In this document: positions 39,353 to 54,541 of the stretch, one piece after another
Layout of the letters: every line of letters starts with the position of its first letter
Position numbering within the stretch: the first letter of the stretch is position 1
Source: Eledone cirrhosa
Lineage: Eukaryota
Assembly (NCBI GenBank): GCA_964016885.1
Contig: OZ024746.1
Location: 20,150,001 to 20,214,000, forward strand
Reading direction: 5' to 3'
DNA length: 64,000 nucleotides
Made by a program: the position numbers and the translations under genes
The notes under the pieces: generated by a model
What the model was told of the DNA's origin: nothing
Database searches by the model: none
What the model saw: only the letters and a program-made list of their open reading frames with translations

Positions 39353-39680
39353 CATTTCATCCTTACGGGGTCGATTAAATCGATCCCAGTTACGCACTGG
39401 GATCGATTTAATCGACTTTCTTCTCCTCTAAATTTGTTGGCCTTGTGCTTAAATCAGAAACCATTAAGGGCGGTGGATTGGCAATATCTATAGAGCGTCG
39501 GATAACATGCTTAGCGGCATAGAGTTACGGCCCTTTATATTCGGATTTCAAATGCCACCAAGATTAGCTTTGCCTTTCATTGTTAAAGGTACGATATAAT
39601 AAAGTACAAGTAACATACTGTAACTCGCCCTCCCAAAAGAATTTGTTGGCCTTGAGCCTAAATCAGAAAACACTAATTAT
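39353..39680 (+). mobile_element. Two SINE family A copies; the first is truncated by the satellite
   Basis: Array runs directly into catttcatccttacggggtcga; second head gggcggtggattggc at ~39468. Confidence 0.85.
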
Positions 39681-40109
39681 CAGTCAAATTATCCTTCATT
39701 GAGATTAAACCGGGAACTATTAAGTTCAGAAATAACAACTGGACAGTGTTATGCAAATAGCAATGCAATTCAATATATTTTTCTGTAGGTATTTGTTAAA
39801 TTGTCAGTATTAACCAACTTAAATATTTAATTAAAACAGTACTAGATAAGCAGTGATAAATATAGTGTTCATCTCATATATCTTGTTGTTGATTTATAAT
39901 TTCCATTAATTTTGTTTTTTCCTTCGCCTCAAGTCACCTCTGTTAACATTTGTTAACAGTCTGGGATTTTATCTGTTGGATTACGTTCTATGTTTATTGC
40001 TAATAATAACTATTTATATGCTTTCGAATCGTTCGTAACTGGATCTTTTGACTTTCTTAAGACAATTTACAATGTTGTTTTCACAACTAGTTTTCTATCA
40101 GAAAGAATT

Positions 40110-40330
40110 TCTTCTTCTTCTTCTTCTTCTTCTTCTTTCACTTATTTCTGGGAGGGTCATGGGGACAGAGTCCTCAAACACTCCTTCCAGCGGGTCCTGT
40201 GAAAAGCAACCGTTTCCAAATGATCCGGCTGGATCCCAAGCGAGACCCATCTTTCTCCAGGTCTACCCGTGAGTCTCCTGTCGACTGGTTTTGCTCCTAA
40301 AATCATATCACTGCAGCATTCTCGCAGTTA
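40110..40330 (-). pseudogene. Possible LINE (RTE-like) 3' end with (GAA)n tail
   Basis: Minus frame ..HLETVAFHRTRWKECLRTLSP* followed by (GAA)n. Confidence 0.4.
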
Positions 40331-40379
40331 ATATCAAACTTCCATTTCCTAATGTCGTTCTAAAGTATTATAAGTGACA

Positions 40380-40932
40380 TAAGGATTGGCAGAATCGGTA
40401 GAACGTCAGACAATATACTTTGTGGTATAGAGTTATTGTCCTTTACTGAGTTCAAATCCCGCCGAGGTTAGCTTTGTCTTTCTTCCTTACTGTGTCGTTA
40501 AAATAAAGTACCAGTAATGCGCTGGGGTCGATTTAATCAACTTTCCCTTCCCCCAAAATTGTTGGCCTTCGGCCTAAATCAGAAACTATTAGGACGATGG
40601 ATTGACAATATCAGTAGAGCGTCGGACACCATAGTTCCTTGCATAGAGTTCCGGTCCTTTATATACTGAGTTCAAATTAGGGTCGATAAAATAAAGTACC
40701 AGTAATGCACTGGGATCGATTTAATCAACTTGCCCTTCCCCCCCAAACTGTTGACTTTTATTAAATCGACACCAGTGCGTTACTGGTACTTTATTTTATA
40801 GAACTCGTAAGGATGAAAGGCAAAGCTAACCTTGGCGGGATTTGAAGTCAGAACGTAAAGAGACGTAACTCTATGCTGCGCGCGAAGGAGGCTGTCTGAC
40901 GCTCTACCGTTTACTTCCAATCCACCGTCCTA
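40380..40932. mobile_element. SINE family A cluster (two + copies, one - copy)
   Basis: Cores at 40448-40520, 40667-40740 and inverted 40760-40930. Confidence 0.85.
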
Positions 40933-41184
40933 TGAAATAATAAGTCTGTTACCCGGTGATAGGAAACTGGGAGGGATCTAGACGACAATGTATCGTGGAG
41001 AGACGAGTGTTTGAGTAGTGAAGCCTTTATTTTAAAGTGTTCTCTTTACTACGAAGGGATGTCAATACAGGCTTCCCTCCCCCTGCGACTTTATGACCAT
41101 TACTAAACACTACTTAAATAGTTGAATATAATAGCTACCTGAATATGGTTAAAGGAAATAGCTAGCTGTCTCCTTGTAGCTATA

Positions 41185-41378
41185 TAATTGTTTCTACTGT
41201 TGGCAGAAGGCCAGCAAATACCCAGTGTATTACTGGTACTTTATTTTATCGACCCTGTAAGGATGAAAGGTAAAGTTAACCTCGGCGGGATTTGAACTCA
41301 GAATGGCAAGGGCCGTAACTCTTTGCGTCAAAGCATGGCGTCCGACCCTCTACCGATTCTGCCAATCCACCACCGTCA
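41185..41378 (-). mobile_element. SINE family A
   Basis: Full head ccctctaccgattctgccaatccacc plus core. Confidence 0.88.
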
Positions 41379-41409
41379 GGCATTTAGTGATAACAATAAG
41401 ATTGTGTAT

Positions 41410-41624
41410 AGTTGTTATCGTTGCTACTGCTGCTGTTATTATTGTTGCTTCTGTTGTTGTTGTTGTTGTTGTTGAGCATTATCATCCTCATCAACGCCAT
41501 CATCATCACTGTCATCATCACCATCACCACCGCCATCGTCGTCATCATCAACACCGCCACCACCACCACCACCACCACCAACACCACCACCACCACCACC
41601 AACACCACCATCATCATCATCACC

Positions 41625-41655
<31 letters not shown>

Positions 41656-41712
41656 CCACCACCATCACCACCATCATCATCATCATCATCATCACCACTA
41701 TCATCATCACTG

Positions 41713-41750
<38 letters not shown>

Positions 41751-41809
41751 GTCGTCGTCGCCACCGCCGTCGTCGCCATCATCATCATCTTCCCCATCCT
41801 ACCCTCATC

Positions 41810-41847
<38 letters not shown>

Positions 41848-41848
41848 G
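41410..41848. repeat. (GTT)n/(CAT)n/(CAC)n trinucleotide tract
   Basis: Directly visible. Confidence 0.95.
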
Positions 41849-42204
41849 GTGTTGAATTTTCTATACTTAAGAAACAAATATTCTCTTTCTCTGCCCCCTC
41901 CCCCCTTACAACATCAACACAGTATGTAATTATCTACGAAAAAAAAAAAAATACATGAAATAACATATTTAAATACCATTTAAAAACTGGAAACAATTGC
42001 CAAGTCAGATGTTGTAATGGCGTCCATTAATCTAAAGAAATGAAAAACTAACAAACAAAAATAAAGTTATAATCTTTTGTCCAGAAATGTAAATATTACT
42101 GCTTAATTGTATGGCGTTTAGAAAAGTGTTCTCACTACAATATATGTGTGGTCGCACGAGTAGCTGACATTATGAAACTGCAGTTTTTAAAGAGATATTT
42201 AATA

Positions 42205-42978
42205 ACAAGAAATGTAAATCTGAGTTTTTCGATTAATAATTGTTTCTACTTTAGGCACAAGGCCAGCAATTACCCAGTGTATTACTGGTACTTTATTTTA
42301 TCGGCCCCGTATAGTTTTTCGATTAATAATGGTTTCGTATATAGGCACAAGGCCAGCAATTTTGTTGTAGGGGAAAGTCGATTAAAATCGACCCCAGGGC
42401 ATGACTGGTACTTTATTTTATCGACCCCGTAAGGATGAAAGGCAAAGTTAACCTCGGCGGGATTTGAACTCAAATCATAAAGCACCGTAATTCAATGCTG
42501 TAAAGCTTGGCGTCCAACCCTCTACCGATACTGTTAATCCACCGCTCTTTTTCCGAATATTAATAATTGTTTATACTTTTGGCACAAGGCCAGCAATTAT
42601 CCCAGTGTATTACTGGTACTTTATTTTATCGACCCCATAAGGATGAAAGGCAAAGTTAACCTCGGCGGGATTTGAACTCAGACCATAAAGGGCCGTAACT
42701 CTATGCTGCAAAGCATGGTGTCCAACCCTCTACCGATACTGCCAATCCACCGCCCTTTTTCGAGTATTAATAATAATATTCGATTCGTTTGCAATTATGC
42801 AAACAGCTTGTTAAGCCATGTGAGTAGAATGACCTCGTCATTCTTGCTCTTATGTCAACACAAGGGGAAGATTGACGAGGTTGTTCTACTCACATGGCTT
42901 AAGAGGGCGTTTGCATAATTGCAAATGAATCGAATATTATTATTATTAATATTCGAAACCCTCAGATTTACATTTCTT
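42205..42978. mobile_element. Palindromic MITE-like element with three SINE A copies (minus strand) inserted in its left arm
   Basis: Hairpin 42759-42958; outer arms caagaaatgtaaatctgag / ctcagatttacatttcttg; SINEs occupy ~42237-42755. Confidence 0.7.
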
Positions 42979-43231
42979 GTACTCAGCCATGTAGAACGAT
43001 AAAACTAGTTGTTAGTTATTTATAAACAAATTGAAGATTAATCATTTCATACAAGCATGGGCTCAGCCTGTCGGCTGGAACACGTAATAGAGTAATTGTG
43101 TAATAGTTTACATGGTATACGATATGCAGTTAGCTAGCTCTGAAGAGCAGAGATCCTGATCAACTCCATAATGTGAAGCAACAAGTTGATAGTGTTTATA
43201 TGAATAACCTGACACATAATTGGGAATAACA

Positions 43232-43290
43232 TACGAGGGTCGGCTGAAAAGGTCATAGGTTAACCAAAATACTCTCATGGAATGACCGGA
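43232..43290 (+). mobile_element. Possible mariner-type terminal fragment
   Basis: TA|cgagggtcggctgaaaaggtcatagg resembles mariner MITE termini; no partner TIR found. Confidence 0.35.
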
Positions 43291-43584
43291 GGACGGCGAG
43301 GGAGACGCACTGGAACAGCCACTCCGCCTCATAAAGCGGATACCGTTTAGATTGAACGAATAAAATGTCAGTTATTATCAGCCAAGAGATATTCTGATAG
43401 CCACTTTTCTGAAACAATTAAATTAGGTGGAGTTACACCAGGTCAGTCGTGTGTATTACATGTAACCTGTAACTCGGTTCAACTTGTTGTGTAACCAAAC
43501 TATACAACAACTTTTAAAAAAGTTATTTCTGCGCATTTCTATTAAACTAAATCGATTCATAACTTTTAAATGCTTTCTCAGAAG

Positions 43585-43816
43585 TTTAATAATTGTTTCT
43601 ACTTTTGGCACAAGGCCAGCAATTTAATAATTGTTTCTACTTTAGGCACAAGGCCAGCAATTACCCAGTGCATTACTGGTACTTTATTTTATCGACCCCG
43701 TAAGGATGAAAGGCAAAGTCAACCTCGGCGGGATTTGAACTCAGATCGTAAAGGGACGTAACTATGCTGGAAAGCATGGCGTCCGACCCTCTACTGATAC
43801 TGCCAATCCACCGCCA
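43585..43816 (-). mobile_element. SINE family A (young; duplicated tail)
   Basis: Near-identical to 62655-62801. Confidence 0.88.
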
Positions 43817-44004
43817 GCAATTTAATAATACTTGTTTGGTGACTGTGGCTAACTGAACACTGTCAGAAGGGTGGTTTTTGTCCTACTTCTTGATAGAATT
43901 GTGATTAGAAAATAAAAAGCTATTTTTTTCTTACTACTTCCTAACTGTTATCGTCCGTTTCAACGATGAGCGTTTATAAAATTAGCATATCTCTCACTTG
44001 GTAG

Positions 44005-44250
44005 TCATGTGACGTGTCCCAACCAGCTAAGTCGACGCTTGCACATGATGTTAGACACACGTTGGATATCTTTGTTGGAGATGAAGTCAACCCACCTGAT
44101 GCCAAGGGTTTTCCGTAGGCATTTGGTGTCGAAAGCATCTAATTAGTTCTTTTGCCTGGTCTTCACACTCCCCGTTTTGCACCCATACAGAAGCGTTGAA
44201 AATACATTACTGTTGTAAAGAATCATCTTGGTACCAAGCGAAAGTTTCAA
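44005..44250 (-). pseudogene. RTE-clade LINE fragment
   Basis: KLSLGTKMILYNSNVFSTLLYGC...LDAFDTKCLRKTLGIRW.D.ISN...RRLSWLGHV, with a stop. Confidence 0.8.
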
Positions 44251-44504
44251 TAGAAACCTGTGAATTAAATTAGGTAGACGGTGTTGAAGTCAATCGGACT
44301 GATTCTACCTGTAATTCAAATGCCAAGCCTTTCTTATATTATGACACACAGATTATTTTTTTTAAATTATGCTATGTGCACATATTTCCGTGGAATACTC
44401 AACCACTTACACTTTTATTTAACGGATAGAGCGTATTGAGTACCTTTTTTAACAGTGATCACCTGCTGATTTACATCGGGATCCTACATATTATGTATAA
44501 ATAC

Positions 44505-44541
<37 letters not shown>

Positions 44542-44906
44542 TATTTCTTTATTAGCCACAGGGGCACAAAAGAAGGGGACAAATACAAAGGGGGAAGTTT
44601 ACATACAATAAAAACGTGTAAAATGTTATCACAAATGGAATTTAAAAAGTTAGTCGATTTTCCCCAATAGAGGGAGACAGTTTATATGGGTAACACATAC
44701 CCCCGAAAAAAAATGTGCAGCTCTCATCTCCAGGAGTACGAAGAGCTTGTACTCCTTTCCTCACCTCCTCCTTTTCCTCAACCTACAGGCTGATATAGAG
44801 AGAAGGCCCATTCACTCGGGCCATTCTCGCCACTTTCACCCACCTTTCATAAAACTTGCTGGGGTACAGCACCTCTCTCTCCATCCTGATTCTTCTTCCA
44901 AAGTGG

Positions 44907-44966
<60 letters not shown>

Positions 44967-45593
44967 TTTCTTTTTATTTGCCACCAGGGCATCAAAAAGT
45001 GGGACAAGTACAATGGGGGGAGTTTACATAACAAGGCGTCCTCAATATGGAGGAGGCAATAACAAAATATAAAAATAAAATAAAATATCACAAAATAAAA
45101 TTTATAACAAAATCCTCAATAGGGAGGAGGCGCCTTGGGGGGTCGCACACACCCCCGAAAAAAAGTGTGCAACCTTTCTCCTCAGGAGCATAGAGAGGGG
45201 GTGCTCCTTTGGTCTTTCATCTTCCTCACCTATAGTCTGATGTAGAGTGAAGGCCCATTCACACGGGCCATTCTCGCCACTTTCACCTATCTTTCATAAA
45301 AACGGCTGATAGATAGATAGATAGATATATTTCTTTATTAGCCACAGGGGCACAAAAGAAGGGGACAAATACAAAGGGGGAAGTTTACATACAATAAAAA
45401 CGTGTAAAATGTTATCACAGATGGAATTTAAAAGTTAATATCACAGATGGAATTTAAAAGTTAGTCGATTTTCCCCAATAGAGGGAGACAGTTTATATGG
45501 GTAACACATACCCCCGAAAAAAATGTGCAACCCTCATCTCCAGGAGTACGAAGAGCTTGTACTCCTTTCCTCTCCTCCTCCTAGATAGATAGA
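44505..45593 (-). mobile_element. Three 5'-truncated LINE 3' ends (probable Tx1/L1 group) separated by (GATA)n
   Basis: HFGRRIRMEREVLYPSKFYERWVKVARM..* then UTR; 44541-44770 is near-identical to 45328-45580. Confidence 0.6.
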
Positions 45594-45894
45594 GAGTGGG
45601 GAAGAAGGAGAGAGTAGAGGGGGGTGGAAAGAGACTCTAGTTCATATATGCGGATAAATAAAGTTGATAACTTTGAGGTTACGTAAGTTTTAAAGATATT
45701 TTGATGGAAGACAACAACCATTAACACAAAACGCCATAGTACATTAAATTGTTGACGGAATTTAGGTGTGAGAAATTTCAGAACTGCTTTTATATATGCA
45801 TGAATCCTATGTATGTATGTATGTATGTATGTATGTATGTATGTATGTATGTATGTATGTATGTATGTATGTATGTATGTATGTATGTATGTAT

Positions 45895-46515
45895 GTCAGC
45901 TCACCAGTTGGTGCTACTGGTAACATGTATCCCAGTACAATCTGTCCCATGGTCGGGTCGTTGGCGACTAAACTGGCAACCCCACCAAGGTTTCCTGGTG
46001 AGGAGGGTGACTTTGGACATCCTGCAGGACTAAAAACAAGACCTGTCAAAGGGTAAAGGAGCTCTTAAGAGTCAATGGCCATCCAAAATCACCGGGAGAG
46101 ATGACCCCTTAGCCTTTCTCAAGGCAGAATTCTAGGAGAAGGAAAACTCTGATATAACACCTGCAACCCTGATGGTATCCAATGATGTTGACTTGTTCTT
46201 CTTTTTGGTAAATATCATCTTGGTTAAGAGAGTAGGACTGGCTTTGTGCAGTGCCTTTGCTCACTATAAAAGCTTCACGGCACAGGCATTGCTTTATATC
46301 TGGAGATCTCTCTGCACTTGTCGTCACATGGTACCATGAGCCCAGCACTATGTGTCAATAATTGTCACAAGTGTAGTGTTTGTACCAGAGTTTTCAAGTC
46401 GCTGGCTGGACTAAAAAGTCACACTCGTTCAGCGCATCGGTGGGGGTTCTCCTACATGGATATAAAGTAGTGGCCGTACTCGAAAACGAGTTGGCAGAGA
46501 CCATGTATGTATGTA
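45895..46515 (+). mobile_element. RTE-derived non-autonomous element, most complete copy
   Basis: Reverse complement of the 8-9 kb units; lies within (TATG)n. Confidence 0.85.
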
Positions 46516-46549
46516 TATATATATATATGTAAGTATGTATGTATGTGTA

Positions 46550-47150
46550 TGTCGGCCCACTCTTGAGTGCTGCTGGTAACATGTAACCCAGTACAACCTG
46601 TCGCATGGCCGGATCGTCTGCGATTAAACCGGCAACCCCACCAAGTTTACTTGGTGAGGAGGGGGATTTGGGACACCCTGCAGGACACAAAAAAAACCTA
46701 CCAAAGGGCGGAAGAACTCATAAGAGTCAATGACCAACAAAAATGTGTAAATATGTATATACACATGTAGATATGTATGTATATGTATGTGTGCATGTGT
46801 ATATATATGCGCGGGAACATAGAAATAATCGGGCTGGATACCCGATCGCGCGGTTAAACCACTGGGTGTGAAGGACCCCTAGCCTTTGTCAGGTCATTCT
46901 TCTAGGAGAAGGCAACTCAGGAAACTGGGATAACTCCGATATAAAACCTGCGGCTCAGTAGTTACCGATGATGTTGATCTTTTCTTCTTTTCGGGTTTTA
47001 GCTACTGTCGCTCAGAGAGTGGGATTGGCTCAGTGCACAGTCTTTCCTCACTTTTAAAAAAATCTTCACGCACAGGCATTGCACGATAGAATTAATTGAT
47101 AATGGTATATCGTGTAATGGCCATACTTGATTACGAGGGAGCAGCCATCA
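46550..47150 (+). mobile_element. Diverged relative of the RTE-derived element
   Basis: Shared head, ctaggagaagg..actc..ataaaacctgc and cacaggcattgc motifs; (ATGT)n tail. Confidence 0.65.
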
Positions 47151-47532
47151 TGTATGTATGTATGTATTATGCATGTATGTATTATGCATGTATGTATGTA
47201 TGTATGTATGTATGTATGTATGTATGTATGAATGTATGTATGTATGAATGTATGTATGTATGTATGTAGGTAGGTAGGTAGGTATTTGCGTATAAAAACA
47301 AGTTTGCGAAATGGTATGTCTTTGTTTTTGTTTTTTGTTATTTCTTTTTAATTTTTTTGGTTTTTTGTGGCCTGAATTAATAGAAAGCTCAATGCATTTA
47401 TATGCATGTAATACGTATGTAGTCGCGTTGAATTTTCTCGTACATAATCTACACTTCTCGTTGAAGTTATATCATTTCGTCGACTAACTCATATATATAT
47501 CTGTGTTTTCTTTACCGTTTCATGTTTATTAT

Positions 47533-47587
<55 letters not shown>

Positions 47588-47920
47588 ACTCGCACGCACG
47601 CACGTATTCTCAAACAAACAAACAAAAAAAACACGTACCGATACATATACACACACACAGACAAGCACACCAACACAGACACACATGCACACATATATCT
47701 CCCTCGAGTGACAATTTAACACACAGGACGTCTGTTGTTGTGGTTATCAATGAAAGAAAAGAGTATATGTTAGGACAAAACAAGAAGATATACATTCTGA
47801 AAACAAGCCGGCAATTCAAATCGTATTCTTAATAGGTTCCACAGGACAGGAAATTGAAACCTTTTTTCTTTCTTCCCTCTTATCTACGCGGTTATTATTT
47901 TTGCTTAACTTCTCTCTCTC

Positions 47921-47981
<61 letters not shown>

Positions 47982-48235
47982 TGAATGTGTTTTTTTGGCT
48001 CCCTAAATTATTTATCAATTAATTTCTCAGTTTATTTTACAATCTCGCTTATTTATTTAAGTATTCATTTATTCCTTGTTACTCTTATCCCCCTTCCGAC
48101 ATCTTGAAACAAGTTGTTTTCAGTTCTTACTAAATTCTGGACATTTAAGATTATCGTGTCTTTTTTTTTTTGTTGTTGTTATTGTTTGTTGTTGATTTTT
48201 GTTAATTTTCTTTCGCTTGTTTTATTGTATATATG

Positions 48236-48276
<41 letters not shown>

Positions 48277-48281
48277 GTATG

Positions 48282-48312
<31 letters not shown>

Positions 48313-48504
48313 ATGTATATGTATGTATGTATATATCCTACCCCCCACTCTCCTGAGCGTGAATTTAATAAACATTTATCGTACTGCCTCTCTGTTCTGT
48401 CCCTGTTCAATTTTTCATTATATATATATATATATATATATGTATATTTGCATACATATATAAATTTATATATACATATATAATATATACATTTATAAAT
48501 ATAA

Positions 48505-48702
48505 ATTATCGAGAATCGCATTTCGGTCCACGAAATAACGAAAAACAACCTCCGAGATGTGTGGCAAGTGCTCAATGATTCAGATGAACCAGAGCTATAA
48601 CAAACGTTAAAGGCCGAACACACTGAGACGATGGTTAAACAATCATTCGCATAGCCCCCCCAAAAAAACGATCAAGTAATTCGGGTCACACAAATAAAAA
48701 AT
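48505..48702 (+). mobile_element. Unclassified (TA)n-embedded repeat family X
   Basis: Similar to 50245-50730 and to the reverse complement of 61462-61735. Confidence 0.6.
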
Positions 48703-48709
48703 ATGTGTG

Positions 48710-48790
<81 letters not shown>

Positions 48791-48801
48791 GTATGTATGT
48801 G

Positions 48802-48832
<31 letters not shown>

Positions 48833-49054
48833 ATATATATGTATATATATATGTATGTATATATATATGTATGTATATATATATATGTATGTATATATAT
48901 ATGTATATGTATATATATGTATATATATGTATGTACATATATATATATATATATTTGCATATCTATATATTTATATTTACATATATAATATATACATTTA
49001 TATATATAAATGTATATATTATATATGTATATATAAATATGTATATATATGCAA

Positions 49055-49098
<44 letters not shown>

Positions 49099-49158
49099 GG
49101 GGGGGTAACAAGTTATCGTTATAGTTAATCCAGTTAGAGGTTGTGAGTACTCTGTGTC

Positions 49159-49192
<34 letters not shown>

Positions 49193-49279
49193 ATAATAAT
49201 AAATTTGAAGACTAAAATCTAAAGAGGGCTCGATAAGGATAAATATATATCAAATATATAAGAACCGTAGAGCAAATAT

Positions 49280-50730
<1,451 letters not shown>

Positions 50731-50747
50731 CATATATAGATATATAG

Positions 50748-50778
<31 letters not shown>

Positions 50779-50779
50779 A

Positions 50780-50861
<82 letters not shown>

Positions 50862-51245
50862 TATTGGTTGCGACTGATTCTGATGATGGTGGTTATCAGT
50901 ATCATCATCGTCATTATTAAGCCAGAAGCGTTAGATCATCGGATAAAATATTTTGTGCTATTTATTACGGTTCTTTACATTCTGAGGTGGATTTTGTCTT
51001 TCATCATACTGGCGTTGTGTCGTCTAAAGTATCAGTGGTGTCAATGATTTAATCGACTAAACCCCACCACCACTCTAATTGCTGGCCTTGTGCATAAATT
51101 AGAAACCATTTTAAGTAGTAGCAGTAACGGTCGTGGTGGTGGTGGTGGTGGTGTTTGAGGTGTGATATAACACACAGTGGCTACTTTCCGCTTCTTTAGC
51201 TCTTTTGAAATGGTTATGCATACTTTGACTATGGAGTGAAGCGCT

Positions 51246-51375
51246 AGAAGAAGAAGAAGAAGAAGAAGAAGAAGAAGAAGAAGAAGAAGAAGAAGAAGAA
51301 GAAGAAGAAGAAGAAGAAGAAGAAGAAGAAGAAGAAGAAGAAGAAGAAGAAGAAGAAGAAGAAGAAGAAGAAGAA
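51246..51375. repeat. (GAA)n
   Basis: Directly visible. Confidence 0.98.
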
Positions 51376-52282
51376 CATGTGTAATGAAGGAAAGGAGAAA
51401 GAAAAGAAAAGAAGAAGCTGGAGTGAAACTAAAGACAAGTGAAGGAAAAGTAAATAGGATGTTTGAATATAAAAGTAGATGTTAAAATATTTCGAGCGAA
51501 TCTGTGGGCGTTCTGTTGACGTTTGTTTCCGTATCTTAATTTACAAACGTATCAAGGCTAAAGTCTAGTTTTGTTTGTTGACTGTTGGAGAATTCCTGTG
51601 AAAAAACTCTGAGAATAAGAAATAACTAAATAACACTTGCTGTATAACACTATACTATATTCCTAAATTATATTGTTTACCTTCTTTTTTTTTAATGATT
51701 TTTATTTGTTTGTTCTTTTTGTTTGGTTTTTTAATAGACGAAATTATGCTTTTATAGTGTCTCTGTCGGTGTGTGTATGTGTGTGTATGTGTGCGTATGT
51801 GTGTGTGTATGTGTGTGTGTGTGTGTGTATGTTTGCGTGCGTTGGGTGGTTTAACTAATGGGTAGAATTTGTTATTCTCATTAGAAGATCATGAGGCAGT
51901 TAATAGAAGCACTCAACGTTGTGCGTAACATTCAGCATAGATTTGGTACTTTGTGGTTGGTGCAAGAATGAATTTAAATACTTCAACGAAACAAAGGAGG
52001 CCGGATTCCAATATATTCCTTTAATGGTTCGTAAAAACATAATACGTATTTCTATGGCCAGCGGCTTACATCAACATATCTTGACGCAAGGCATCCGGTG
52101 ACGTTGTCAGGAGTAAAAAAAATCAATAGAGATTTAGTCATCAACTTCTAGGTTACGGCAAAATATAAACAGAGAATTCATACGGAGATGGTCTGTTAAT
52201 CGATGCGACAGACTGCTTCCGTATTGGTTTTTACTAATAATTAAAGGAATATATTGGAATCCGGCTTCCTTTTTTCATTGAA

Positions 52283-53044
<762 letters not shown>

Positions 53045-53181
53045 AAATGTAGGGAAGTGACACACGAATTGATATATATAAACAAATAGTAAAAAGGAAA
53101 AATACAGTAGAACATGCTAGAGGGATCTTCTCAGTATAACATCAAAACATTTATTTATAAAGTAGGGATTTCCGCGTTTAA

Positions 53182-53222
53182 TCGTGTACCGGTTTCAGCA
53201 TTATATGCTTTTTCAACGACGG
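53182..53222 (-). ncRNA. Minimal type I hammerhead with U3-A8 core
   Basis: cgtcg TTGAAAA agcat-ata-atgct GAAA ccggT A cacg; stem I is short with one bulge. Confidence 0.65.
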
Positions 53223-54390
53223 AAGTGTATAGTTTCAGGGCATCCTTTTTTCCAAAGTGGATTAATTCAAATTTATCCTCATTCAACAGCATATCATTCA
53301 TTTCTGCCCATTGATCTGACTGAAGGCAAGTCCGGTCACCCACCTCATTGATGACCCTTTGGAGCTTGGAATCATCTGCGAAGGTTCTGATGTTGCTGTA
53401 CTTGATGATGTCAGTAATGTCATTAATGTAGATGATGAAAAGAAGTGGGACGCCACTGCTGACTTTGGCAGGGTTTGATTTTACTCCTTCGACTACAACA
53501 TGCTGGGTTCTGTCTGTCAGGAAACATTTGATCCACTGTAGTAACCTTCCAGAGACACCAATATTAGATAGTTTTTTCAGTAGAATCTTATGATCAACCC
53601 TATCGAAGGCCTTGTTCAAGTCAAGGTAGATGACATCAGTGTTGGAGCCCTCTCCCAAGGCTCTCAAAACATCGTCAAATTGATGCAGGAGCTGCGTTAG
53701 GCAGTCCCTTCCATTACGGAACCCATGTTGGTTGGAGTTCAGCAGGCCGTTGCGTTCAAGAAAGTGGGTTATTCGTGATCTCACCACCCTCTCAAATACC
53801 TTGATAATATGAGAGGTGAGTGAGATCGGACGGTAGTTCACTGCAAGGGACTTATTTCCCTTTTTGAAGACTGGGACAATGGACTGGGACAGAAAGTTTT
53901 CAGGAATATAGCCAGTGTCCAGTGAGTTCCTCCACAGATTAGCAAGAGGAGATGCAAGTTGGTGTCGACACACCTTCAGAACACAAGCAGGGAACCTGTC
54001 GGGGCCTACTGCTGAATTGTGTTTAATTTCGTTTATTGCCGCTAAGACATCAGGGGCGCCAAACATTATGTCTGATATAGTGTGTTGGGGATTAACATCA
54101 CTGATACAGCCTAGATCGGCCATATCAGGATTGCCGAAAACAGAGCAGTATTGTCTCTGCAGTATCTCGCCCATGGTTTTGGCATTGTCTTGGAGTGTGC
54201 CAGTTTCATCAACTAGGGGGCCAACAGTGGAGACGGTGACCTTGTGTTTTTTAGCAAATGAAAAGAACACTTTGGGGTTGAGTTTGATTTTCTCAATGGC
54301 CCACCTCTCTACAGCTATTCTCTGGTTATTGATGATGGTTTTCATGCATTGTTGGAGGTTATATTTTTTTGACTCAAGCAGGGTGATAGC
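53223..54390 (-). pseudogene. CR1/L2-group LINE reverse transcriptase fragment
   Basis: [32 protein letters not shown](QGSVLG deleted)LLF, FADDSKL; truncated at both ends. Confidence 0.92.
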
Positions 54391-54396
54391 TATATG

Positions 54397-54443
<47 letters not shown>

Positions 54444-54509
54444 GTTTATATATATATATGTATGTATATATATATACATATATATATACATATATATATA
54501 TATGCATAC

Positions 54510-54541
<32 letters not shown>

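Noticed and set aside
41303-41929. Poly-His ORF
   Set aside because: Trinucleotide tract read from a SINE-derived start
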